This document shows positions 19,959-28,607 of a stretch of 30,899 nt of DNA, piece by piece. A program made the position numbers and the translations under genes. Source of the stretch: Pseudomonadota bacterium. GTDB lineage: Bacteria; Cyanobacteriota; Vampirovibrionia; LMEP-6097. How positions within the stretch are numbered: position 1 is the first letter of the stretch; every line of letters starts with the position of its first letter. Location of the stretch: the NCBI GenBank assembly GCA_009924885.1, contig RFQS01000001.1, positions 1-30,899 on the forward strand, written 5' to 3'. The notes below the pieces were generated by a model that searched no databases, was not told the origin of the DNA, and worked only from the letters and a program-made list of their open reading frames with translations.

Positions 19959-20891
19959 CTAACTGGTTTGTTTGATATATTCTAACAGTCTGTTCATATC
20001 GGGGTAATCAATTTTCCAATATCCGTCTTTGGCGAAGTCTCCAGGTAGTATGAAACTTTCGAAACTCTTGTCTGCAATTTTTACAAAAGATTTGGTGAGC
20101 TGAATAGCTTCATCTTCTTTTAAATCAGTGAGGAAGAAGTTATTGGATTGGTCTAATAGATAAGGTAGTCTTACTAGGATTTCATTAAATTTAAGATTAT
20201 GAATAAAAGCTCTAAAGAATATTAATTGTCTTTTAATTCTGCCTATATCACCATCCTCGCTGTCGCGATAACGCAAGAATTCCATCATCTTTTCGGAATT
20301 CATTTTTTCTAAACCTGGTTTGAAGTCTATACTAAGGCCAGCTTTATGATCCTCATATTTCATGTTTTTAGGAACATAAATTTTCATGTCTCCGAAGAGA
20401 TTCATAATTTTTTTAAAGCCCTCTATATTAACTAAGAGGTAATTGTCGATTTTTATCCCTAATAACTTTTCTACTGTGCTTTTTGCTGCATCAATACCAC
20501 CAATACTATTTGCTGAATTGATTCTAGAGAAACCAAAAATTTCTTTATCTAGTTGTGTATCTCTTGGAATGCTTAAAGCTATTAATTTTTCTGATGCAGG
20601 GTTTACAGAAAGTATCATCATAAAATCTGTTCGCCCTTGCCAAGCTGAAGAGTTCTTCGATTTATTTTCATCTACACCAAGTAGCAGTATATTAGTTGTG
20701 CTCTGGGCTTTCGCTGTAATGATTTTTTTAGAATTTTCAAGATTATTTTTAATGTCCTTGGAATTAAAAAGAGAGGGATATGGTTGATGGAAGCCATATG
20801 CATTGTTATAAAATATAAGAAGAGTTAAAAGAACGCAAAATAAAATCAGCGCTGAAACATAAATGGATTTATTTTTGGTATGGATATCCAC
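19959..20891 (-). CDS. LCP (LytR-CpsA-Psr) family protein
   Basis: N-terminal TM helix, NILLLGVD, GRTDFMM, LSIPRDT, RINSA, FLRYR, GDIGRIKRQ. GTG 20891 is preferred as start. Confidence 0.92.
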   Translation of the reverse strand: MDIHTKNKSIYVSALILFCVLLTLLIFYNNAYGFHQPYPSLFNSKDIKNNLENSKKIITAKAQSTTNILLLGVDENKSKNSSAWQGRTDFMMILSVNPASEKLIALSIPRDTQLDKEIFGFSRINSANSIGGIDAAKSTVEKLLGIKIDNYLLVNIEGFKKIMNLFGDMKIYVPKNMKYEDHKAGLSIDFKPGLEKMNSEKMMEFLRYRDSEDGDIGRIKRQLIFFRAFIHNLKFNEILVRLPYLLDQSNNFFLTDLKEDEAIQLTKSFVKIADKSFESFILPGDFAKDGYWKIDYPDMNRLLEYIKQTS

Positions 20892-20899
20892 TAAGAGCA

Positions 20900-20909
20900 A
20901 GTATATAAT
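20900..20909. promoter_or_regulatory. Back-to-back overlapping -10 boxes (bidirectional, near-leaderless promoter)
   Basis: + strand TATAAT at 20904-20909 is 9 nt before GTG 20919; - strand TATACT at 20905-20900 is 8 nt before GTG 20891. Confidence 0.5.
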
Positions 20910-20918
20910 TAAACCTTA

Positions 20919-21911
20919 GTGAAGGAAAGTCGTATTTATCAGCGTTTATTAATCAGTTTTTTGCTGTTTACAGTTAGCTGTGTGTCTATTTCTTGTGGTT
21001 TTTTTGATTCTAAGGAGCAAGATTTTAGGGAATCCATTCCAGTTGGGACTTTTATCGGCATTGGTATACCGATTGAGGAAGGTGCTGAGGTTAAGAACAA
21101 GGAAGCTGCTTTAGAAGAACCCGTTAAAGAGGTAGCAGAGTCACCCACTACTCCATCAGCAGTTCCAGCTACTCCAGATAAAGCATCAGAGGCTAATATC
21201 CCAGCAAGTCCAAACCAAGCTGAGGGAGAAGCTCCAGTGGTAGCAACAAGTCCTGAACCAATTAAACCTAAGCGGGTTAAATCAGTTTACAAGGGTCCTA
21301 AAGTAGATATATTAATTAATTTATTTCCGATGGATGTCGCATACAAACAAGGAGTTGGCATTTTAAGGATAAATACTAGAAGCTATAAATTTAGTTGGGA
21401 GAGTGATTCGATAAATAAAAATTCTGACGGGAATACTGTTTGGAATATTGCTTTTAGTAAGGATAATAATATTTATGCTAATCTTGACGAGAATTTTAAT
21501 TTTACGGGGATTTTAGAACAGAAAGACACTGGCTTAGAAATGTATGGCACTTTGAGTATGAAACCCACTAAGGCAGAGGAGATGCTAAATTATCATATAC
21601 AGACTTATCAGCATAAATCACCGATTATTAGTGCAAGTGGTGAGCTTTCCGTTAAAGCTGGTGAGAGTTTAACTTTAGAAGCAGAACAAAGTGGTTTTGA
21701 TAAAACTATTATGCAAGCTTATGCTGAGAGTCTTGACGGTAAAAATAAAGTAGAATTAGTAATTAATAGTCTTGATAAACCAGAGAAAGGTAAAAAGAAA
21801 AATAAATTAACGATAGCAACGGATGCGGCCATGGTTAAGGGTGACTATAACGTTTATATAATTAGAGATGAGGAATTTTCTAGTAACAGTATAAAGGTGA
21901 CCATTCAATAG
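20919..21911 (+). CDS. Hypothetical lipoprotein with a Pro/Ala/Glu-rich linker
   Basis: Basic N-terminus, hydrophobic stretch and lipobox-like SISC (Cys26); linker ESPTTPSAVPATP...; beta-rich C-terminal part. Confidence 0.7.
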   Translation: MKESRIYQRLLISFLLFTVSCVSISCGFFDSKEQDFRESIPVGTFIGIGIPIEEGAEVKNKEAALEEPVKEVAESPTTPSAVPATPDKASEANIPASPNQAEGEAPVVATSPEPIKPKRVKSVYKGPKVDILINLFPMDVAYKQGVGILRINTRSYKFSWESDSINKNSDGNTVWNIAFSKDNNIYANLDENFNFTGILEQKDTGLEMYGTLSMKPTKAEEMLNYHIQTYQHKSPIISASGELSVKAGESLTLEAEQSGFDKTIMQAYAESLDGKNKVELVINSLDKPEKGKKKNKLTIATDAAMVKGDYNVYIIRDEEFSSNSIKVTIQ

Positions 21912-22831
21912 ATGAAAATAGCGGTAATAGGTACTGGTAGTTGGGGAAAAAATTTGGTTCGTAATTTTTACGAACTAGGTGTTTTAAAGATAGTCTGCGA
22001 TTTGGAAGAAGATAATTTAATTAAAGCCAGAGAAAGATATCCAAATTTACTTGTGACGTCATCTTTAAAAGAGATCATTGACGATAAGGAGATTGACGGT
22101 ATTGTTATTGCGACCCCAGCTCATACGCATTATGAGATTTAGAAGCGGGTCATAATGTTTATGTTGAAAAGCCTCTTGCTCAGAATGTTACTGAGGCTAA
22201 GGAATTACATGCTATCGCAGAAAATAAGAATCTTACATTAATGGTGGGGCATCTTCTTTTGTATCATCCAGCTGTAAATAAACTTAAGCAGATCATCGCT
22301 TTAGGAGATTTAGGTACTGTGCAGTATGTAAATTCTGATCGTAGAAATTTTACAGCTAATCACAGAAAACACAGTAATGTTATGTGGGATTTAGCTCCGC
22401 ATGATTTTTCTATGATGTGTTACATATTAAATACTGAACCAGAGAGGATCGTAAATGTAAGAACTTGGGCTAGCTCAGGTGATTCTATAGATGTGGCTCA
22501 TATAGATATTTTATTTCCAAATAATATAGGCGGCCATATACATAACAGCTGGTTAGATCCTCAGAAACAAGCTCTTTTAACAGTTAATGGTAGTAAGAAA
22601 ACAGCCGTACTTAATGATACTTTTAAGGAGAATAAATTAGAAATATATAGTCGTCAAGAAGATGGTAGCCTTACTGTAGAAAAGCCTGTTTATTCTAATG
22701 ACGAACCCTTAAGGCTTGAATGTAGACATTTCCTTGATTGCATAGAACATAAAAGGAAACCTACTAGTGATAGCGTCAATGGTTATCAGGTAGTTAAATA
22801 TGTGGAAACGTGTCAGAACTTTATTCATTAA
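21912..22831 (+). pseudogene. Gfo/Idh/MocA oxidoreductase split by a frameshifting deletion near 22139
   Basis: Frame 1 gives MKIAVIGTGSWG...IATPAHTHYEI*. The sequence resumes in another frame as LEAGHNVYVEKPL...MVGHLLLYHP...WDLAPHD. About four residues of the HYEI-AxxA-LxAG motif are missing. Confidence 0.85.
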
Positions 22832-23219
22832 GGAATTATTGAATAGTAAATTTTTTCAATATCTTTCTAATGGACACTTCGAATATGGTTTTAACACTGC
22901 AAAAATAGCTAGAACTATTTTTGTTTTTATTTTTGTATTAAGCTTAACGATTTATCTCAGCAGAAAAGTCGAGGTAAATAAATACCTGATCAAGAAAATC
23001 AGCTCAAATAAATCCTATTCGCTCAGGGTAAATATTAATTCCGCAAACGAACAAGAACTCAATAATCTTCCTGGTATTGGTCCAAAATTAGCGAAGAGAA
23101 TTATCGAGTATAGATTTATTCATGGCAGCCTTGAAAGCCTTGATGAAATTAGAGCAGTTAAAGGACTCGGAGCTAAAAAATTTTCTCAGATTGAAAATTA
23201 TTTAACAGTTCAACCTTGA
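22800..23219 (+). CDS. comEA: ComEA-like helix-hairpin-helix DNA-binding protein with N-terminal TM helix
   Basis: VNINSANEQELNNLPGIGPKLAKRIIEYR...VKGLGAKK; exact start uncertain. Confidence 0.85.
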   Translation: MWKRVRTLFIKELLNSKFFQYLSNGHFEYGFNTAKIARTIFVFIFVLSLTIYLSRKVEVNKYLIKKISSNKSYSLRVNINSANEQELNNLPGIGPKLAKRIIEYRFIHGSLESLDEIRAVKGLGAKKFSQIENYLTVQP

Positions 23220-23674
23220 GATTCTTGAGTAGATTTTTCATTAAGCTTATTGATACCTTCTTGCCATCCGCTTTTTAGGTCGCTGATAATTTTAACGCAG
23301 AAATCCATTTTCTCTTGGCTTTTTTCTATATTAGCTCTCATTAAGTTAGATTTTAAAAACTCATATAGATTAAATAATTGATCTGCAAACTCCTGATTAA
23401 TATCGTGATTTAATGAGTCTTGAAGATGTTCAATGACGTTAACAGACATTTTCATTTGATGACTAAAGTTCGTCCAATTAGGAACTCTCTCTTCTTTGTT
23501 TTTTTCTAGTTCTTTTTTTGCCATTGCTAGCCATTGTAGGCAGCCATTATATAGAATTACTATTAACTGTTCAGGGGACGCACTATCCACCATATTCTTA
23601 ATAAACCTCTTTTGTTGTGGTGTTACAGTATTTGGATTATTAGTTTGTACTGGTTTTTTATTTAACATTTGCAT
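23210..23674 (-). CDS. fliS: Flagellin export chaperone FliS
   Basis: ASPEQLIVILYNGCL, IEHLQDSLN, LFNLYEFL, LKSGW pattern; AGGAG SD and a sigma28 promoter upstream. Confidence 0.9.
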   Translation of the reverse strand: MQMLNKKPVQTNNPNTVTPQQKRFIKNMVDSASPEQLIVILYNGCLQWLAMAKKELEKNKEERVPNWTNFSHQMKMSVNVIEHLQDSLNHDINQEFADQLFNLYEFLKSNLMRANIEKSQEKMDFCVKIISDLKSGWQEGINKLNEKSTQESQG

Positions 23675-23707
23675 CCTGCTTTCTCCTAAAGATTGTTACA
23701 TCTATCT

Positions 23708-23734
23708 CTATCGGTAACTTTGTTAACTTCTTGA
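23708..23734 (-). promoter_or_regulatory. Sigma28 (FliA) promoter TCAA-N15-ACCGATAG for fliS
   Basis: Matches the TAAA/TCAAG-N15-GCCGATAA consensus with an exact 15-nt spacer, in front of a late-class flagellar gene; A9 tract just upstream of the -35. Confidence 0.75.
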
Positions 23735-23853
23735 GTTTTTTTTTGAGATTTATCCATTGAGACTAGGTTAGGAAGATTAGCTAAAATTTGATTAAAAAAC
23801 TGTTGGTTACGAGGAATAAGAATAGAAGATAGTTCTTAATTCTATTCTATTCT

Positions 23854-24960
23854 ATGCCACCAGGATCAGACGAACAACCAATAATAGTAAAGAAGATTAT
23901 CAAGAAAGGTGGGCATGCAGGCCATCACGGTGGTGCTTGGAAAGTAGCTTACGCAGATTTTGTTACAGCCATGATGTGTATGTTTCTTTTGTTGTGGCTT
24001 GTTAACTCAGATCCGAGTACAAAAGCCGCTGTGGCAGAAGCTTTTAAGCAGCCTACTCAGACGGGGCCAATGCAAGGAAATGTATTTGTATTAGGTGGTG
24101 CTAAAAATCCAGGTGAGGAAGGGCAATTAGTGGGTGGTGCTAGTTTTTTACAATTTGAAAAACTTAAATTAACTGGTGAGAATAAAGAAAGGGTCAAGCA
24201 GATCATTCAATCTGAATTTAAAGAAAGTCTGGAAATGAGCTTGGGTGAGGAAATGCTTGAGAACGTCAATTTTCATACCGTGGATAATGGAATATTAATA
24301 GAGATTCAGGAGACTAAGAGCCATGCCTTATTCTCTAGTGGCTCAGCTGTACCTACGGACTATGTGAAAAAAATTGTGGATACTTTAGCTGCTATTTTAA
24401 GAAATAATGCAAGTTCAATGTTAGTGGCTGGCCATACAGACTCTAATAATTATGGGGTAGGGTCATATGATAACTGGAATCTTTCTACTGACAGGGCTCA
24501 AATAGTACGAAAACGATTAGAGTTTGATGGAATTAGCCCACAGCGGTTTATTAGGGTGGAGGGTTATGCTGATACTCAGCTGAAATTTCCTTCAGATCCG
24601 AGTGCTTCCATGAATAGAAGAATAACGCTAACGTTATTACAGGAAGAAGTCTTAATTGAGATGAGAAAGCAGCAGAAGGATTTAGAAACGGTAACTCCTT
24701 TAGTGAAAGCTGAGAAAAAGAAAGAGGAAGAGCTGAAGCGTAGTGGCACGAAGCCAGAAGATTTTAAGAAGTATTTAGAAAAAAGTGGTGGTAAGTCTGA
24801 GAAGCCTTTAGATTTAGATGATTTAGCTCAAAAGAAACGTAGGCAAGAATATTATGAAAAATATGCAGTAGAGAAATCATCTTCTTCTCATGGTGGTGGT
24901 GAAGCTAAAGAAGCTGCTCCAGCAGCCAAGCCTGCTGAAGGTCATGGGGGAGGTCACTAA
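23854..24960 (+). CDS. motB: Flagellar stator protein MotB with a long charged C-terminal extension
   Basis: HHGGAWKVAYADFVTAMM TM motif with the essential Asp; OmpA-like domain (AGHTD, NWNLSTDRA, NRRI); tail of about 100 aa. Confidence 0.95.
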   Translation: MPPGSDEQPIIVKKIIKKGGHAGHHGGAWKVAYADFVTAMMCMFLLLWLVNSDPSTKAAVAEAFKQPTQTGPMQGNVFVLGGAKNPGEEGQLVGGASFLQFEKLKLTGENKERVKQIIQSEFKESLEMSLGEEMLENVNFHTVDNGILIEIQETKSHALFSSGSAVPTDYVKKIVDTLAAILRNNASSMLVAGHTDSNNYGVGSYDNWNLSTDRAQIVRKRLEFDGISPQRFIRVEGYADTQLKFPSDPSASMNRRITLTLLQEEVLIEMRKQQKDLETVTPLVKAEKKKEEELKRSGTKPEDFKKYLEKSGGKSEKPLDLDDLAQKKRRQEYYEKYAVEKSSSSHGGGEAKEAAPAAKPAEGHGGGH

Positions 24961-26684
24961 TGGTTCTGCGTACTTTAGATACTTTCTTAAGAAAATCTCT
25001 TAAAATCGAGATAGACCTCTTAAGGAGAATTTATAATGCTGATGCACAAAGAGCACAGATATTCATAAACTATCATCATGATCATGTTCGTGAGTGGGTT
25101 GAGTGGATTAAAAAGCAGAGTAATGATGTTCAGAACAGAGGTTTTGCAAAGTTAATAGAACATCTTAAAGGACATCCTCGTACTTGGAATAAGATTACTA
25201 TTGATGTTTTAATAGCGGTTTCTTATTTTAGATATCCAGAATCTATACCGCTTTTAAAGAATTTTATTATTACAGCTCATCGAATGTGTGATAACTACCC
25301 GATTTTAGCAGAGGCGTATATATTTGCTATAAAGGGATTGATTCTAAATGATGAGAGTATAGCTAGAGATATTATTGATCAGCAGATTAATGTGGATCGT
25401 AATAAAAAAGAGGTCATGTCTCTAATCACTACTGCTATTAGTTTGTTTACCTTGGAGGTAGATATTACTAATATTGTAGTTCATGTGATTGCTTATCCAG
25501 AATTGAGTTTTAAAGAGAGAGAAGCTATTATTGTTAGCTTAGGACGTAAATCAGCAGATCAATTAGAAGAAATCTTCTTAAGAAGTGTTGATAAGTTTAT
25601 TGAGCTAGACAGAAAGGTAGAGAATTTTAGCAAAGATTGCCTTAAGGTTTTTTCTCTTGTTTTGGGTAAAGTCGTTAAATTATTTAATGATGCGAAATTT
25701 TCCACCATAGAACAGCTTTGCACGAGTAACCATTTAAATCTTAGTGCGTTTGAAATTATTGGTAATACTTTAGGTGAGAGTCTTATTAGTTTAAATATAG
25801 AAAATACTTATAGGTTTTATGCTTTTGCTAATTCTGCTGAGGAGAAAAAGCTGGTACAGAAAGCTCTTGCACAGAGGAACGCACTTACTTATCAAGAATT
25901 AATGGTTACACGTGCTCATGATTTGAGAGAAACGTTTCCGTTTGTTAGAAAGCCATTATTTACTGAGAAAAGTTTGGAGAAGATTCGTTTACCAGGAGAT
26001 CTTGATGAATTCCGCAGTATCGTGTCTCATTCTTTGGCACCACAGATTATCCAAAATGAAAATGGTGATGATGAGCATGGTGGAGGTATTTTGCTTACGG
26101 GAGATGCTTTCTGGGAGAAGCTTTATGTTGGTAGGTCTCTTGCTGCTGAAAAAAAATGGAGATTTATTTTTATTGATTATCAGTATTTTCTTGAGGAGCA
26201 AGATAATGAGTACTTTGATGAACTGAGAAGGGAGCTTTTGAATAGCCCTCATAACTTAATTTTTATAGAGAATATTCATTTTGCGAAAGAAGATAAAGAT
26301 CAGATACTTTTTGAAAAGCTAAGAAACTATGCAGCAAAGGTAAATATTTATTACATCGGATCTATTCCTAAAGAGATTTCAGTTAATGATTCTGATGTTA
26401 AAGCAGATCTAAGAACTTATTTACCGAGAGATCTATTTCCAGCTATGAGGGATGTTCCTTATTGCACACTTGAAAAGCAAGGTAAAATTTGGGAGAGGTT
26501 ATTATTTGAACTTGCTGAGAATCGAGCTAAAGAAACAGTCGCAGATTCAGAAGTACTTATTAGTTCATATGATATTTACTCTATAGAGTTTGACGTTTAT
26601 ATTAGAACATACTTTCATATCTGTCTATTGATTTATGGCAAGCTTGTTAGCTTGGAGGATATGCAGAAAATAGGTGTATTCTAG
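24960..26684 (+). CDS. Uncharacterised helical-repeat protein with a degenerate (pseudo) AAA domain, paralog A
   Basis: GGILLTGDAFWEKL aligns to the AAA Walker A region and LIFIENIH to Walker B, both defective. GGAGG SD and TAATG stop/start overlap with motB. Confidence 0.7.
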   Translation: MVLRTLDTFLRKSLKIEIDLLRRIYNADAQRAQIFINYHHDHVREWVEWIKKQSNDVQNRGFAKLIEHLKGHPRTWNKITIDVLIAVSYFRYPESIPLLKNFIITAHRMCDNYPILAEAYIFAIKGLILNDESIARDIIDQQINVDRNKKEVMSLITTAISLFTLEVDITNIVVHVIAYPELSFKEREAIIVSLGRKSADQLEEIFLRSVDKFIELDRKVENFSKDCLKVFSLVLGKVVKLFNDAKFSTIEQLCTSNHLNLSAFEIIGNTLGESLISLNIENTYRFYAFANSAEEKKLVQKALAQRNALTYQELMVTRAHDLRETFPFVRKPLFTEKSLEKIRLPGDLDEFRSIVSHSLAPQIIQNENGDDEHGGGILLTGDAFWEKLYVGRSLAAEKKWRFIFIDYQYFLEEQDNEYFDELRRELLNSPHNLIFIENIHFAKEDKDQILFEKLRNYAAKVNIYYIGSIPKEISVNDSDVKADLRTYLPRDLFPAMRDVPYCTLEKQGKIWERLLFELAENRAKETVADSEVLISSYDIYSIEFDVYIRTYFHICLLIYGKLVSLEDMQKIGVF

Positions 26685-28607
26685 ATGGATAATAACACTT
26701 TAAACATAATAATAACCATCATAGTGGTCATTGCTTTCATATTCATTTATTTAATGTTGTTTACAAGTTTTTTCCAAAATTTTTCAACCAGTAGGTATGA
26801 AAAATCAGTTCTTATAAACAAAAAATATAGTCCAGAAACACTTAGGCTTTTAAAAAAGATCTGTTACCAATTTCGCCACAGGTCCTTTGATGCTTGGTTA
26901 GCTTGGTTAAGAATACAAGAAACTGATATACAGAGTTTGGCTTTAAATAAGTTAACACAGCATTTAAATAGTGATGTAGTAGAGTGGGATGAGTCCTTAA
27001 CTCCTGATATAATAAAGAATTTAACGATTTTCAAGGGTATAAAAAACATATCATTTATTTTTCCTAACGTGCTTCAGAAAATTAAAGAGTCGTCACACAC
27101 TACTTTAGTGAATCGTTTTTTGTTTTATAAATCTACTTTCGTACCTTTTGTGACTTTGTATCCAAGTTTAGCTTTGGAGTATTTGGAAATGGAGGTTGAG
27201 GAGTTAAGAGATTCAGAGGAGCTTGGTTCGTTTGATAAGAAGAAATTTATCATTGATCAGCTCAAGAGGATTAATAATTTTTTTAATGAAGGGAAAATTT
27301 ATAATCAAACGATTATTGATATTCTCTTGGAGATTATTTGTAATCATGAAGAGGATTCAATGGTTCGTTGGGAGGCTTTTGAGGTTTTAATTGAATTTGA
27401 GCCTCTAGAAGTAAACCAGGCTTCACTTAAAATCTTACCTGCGATTATTGATCACAGTGAAACTCTGGATGATATTGTGTCTCAAATTTTTAAAAGTTTG
27501 ACTAATGATCTAGTGTCTAAAGTTAATAAGCCAGAGATATTTGCTATCTATAAAAATGCAATGCAGAAAAATAATTTAAAGCAGATTATAGTAGCCACTT
27601 TTGCTAATTTGCTAATGGGTCTAAATAATATTTTTAATCTTGAACATTTATTTGCTATTCATAAGATAGATGATGAACGTGATCATGAGTTAACTAGCAT
27701 TTTGTGTAAAAGAAATACTTTAACTGAATCAGAGACAATCTATGTTGAAGAAAAAGTACCTAAATATCTTGATGCAAAGGATTTAATGAAAGCTGAGGGA
27801 TTGTTTTTAGATGATCTACCAATACCAGTTTTTCAGAAAGATTATTTTGATGCTTTGCTAAAAAAAGTAGGCAGGGTGCCATTTGAAAAAAAAGACACTT
27901 CGATTAATCAAAATGTCTATGAGAGTGCTTTACTCAGAGGTTTAAATAAATTCGATAAAATTTATGTTGTGCGTCTTTTTTGTATTTTACGGAATATGGA
28001 TTTTAAACATATAGATCTTGAAGAGATTGTTAATAGCAATAAAAATGATATGGGGACTGCTTTGGAAAATCGTTTAAAGTATGAACCAGAGGGTACTTTG
28101 CTTTATTTAACGGGTGTTGATCATATATATGGGAAGGACCATAATGATGACGAGTATAGGAAAAATATTAAAAAAGTAAAACAGGTATTAAAAGTTTTTT
28201 CTCAAAATAAAGATTATTTTTTAGTCGCAGCTTCTGAAGATACTTCATTGATGCAGGAATCAGGTCCAGTTTTTATAGATATCCAAGCTGATAATATTTT
28301 TAAAAACATTATAAATTTTCCCTATCCTGGCCAGTATGACATGCTCAAGGTTTTAGAATCTATTCTTAACTTGATGAATAAGAAGCGTATTCGTGATGGT
28401 GAAGGTATAGTAAGTCAGATGCTTAAGATCGCTAAAGATAAATCTGTAATTGAAGGTTACTATCTTGCTGGCAGAGTGGTTAAGATGATGCTCATACTGT
28501 TTCCAGAGTATGAAAGCTTAGAGCCAGTTTTTAACTTGGAAGAAAAATATGAATTCTTAATTAATGAGGCTAAGAAAAAAGCTTCTGCTCAGCAGAAATC
28601 TAAATAA
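26685..28607 (+). CDS. Uncharacterised membrane-anchored helical-repeat protein with a degenerate (pseudo) AAA domain, paralog B
   Basis: N-terminal TM helix (about residues 8-30); ALLRGLNKFDKI and LLYLTGVDHI at the Walker positions; shares an ungapped 31-aa motif with paralog A; TAG-ATG junction. Confidence 0.7.
   Translation: MDNNTLNIIITIIVVIAFIFIYLMLFTSFFQNFSTSRYEKSVLINKKYSPETLRLLKKICYQFRHRSFDAWLAWLRIQETDIQSLALNKLTQHLNSDVVEWDESLTPDIIKNLTIFKGIKNISFIFPNVLQKIKESSHTTLVNRFLFYKSTFVPFVTLYPSLALEYLEMEVEELRDSEELGSFDKKKFIIDQLKRINNFFNEGKIYNQTIIDILLEIICNHEEDSMVRWEAFEVLIEFEPLEVNQASLKILPAIIDHSETLDDIVSQIFKSLTNDLVSKVNKPEIFAIYKNAMQKNNLKQIIVATFANLLMGLNNIFNLEHLFAIHKIDDERDHELTSILCKRNTLTESETIYVEEKVPKYLDAKDLMKAEGLFLDDLPIPVFQKDYFDALLKKVGRVPFEKKDTSINQNVYESALLRGLNKFDKIYVVRLFCILRNMDFKHIDLEEIVNSNKNDMGTALENRLKYEPEGTLLYLTGVDHIYGKDHNDDEYRKNIKKVKQVLKVFSQNKDYFLVAASEDTSLMQESGPVFIDIQADNIFKNIINFPYPGQYDMLKVLESILNLMNKKRIRDGEGIVSQMLKIAKDKSVIEGYYLAGRVVKMMLILFPEYESLEPVFNLEEKYEFLINEAKKKASAQQKSK

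Noticed and set aside
22130-22145. Programmed -1 frameshift in the Gfo/Idh/MocA gene
   Set aside because: No X-XXY-YYZ slippery site, and conserved residues are missing at the junction, which fits a deletion.
24960-28607. Calling the two large proteins active FtsH- or Cdc48-like ATPases
   Set aside because: Walker A and B catalytic residues are replaced, and there is no protease domain.
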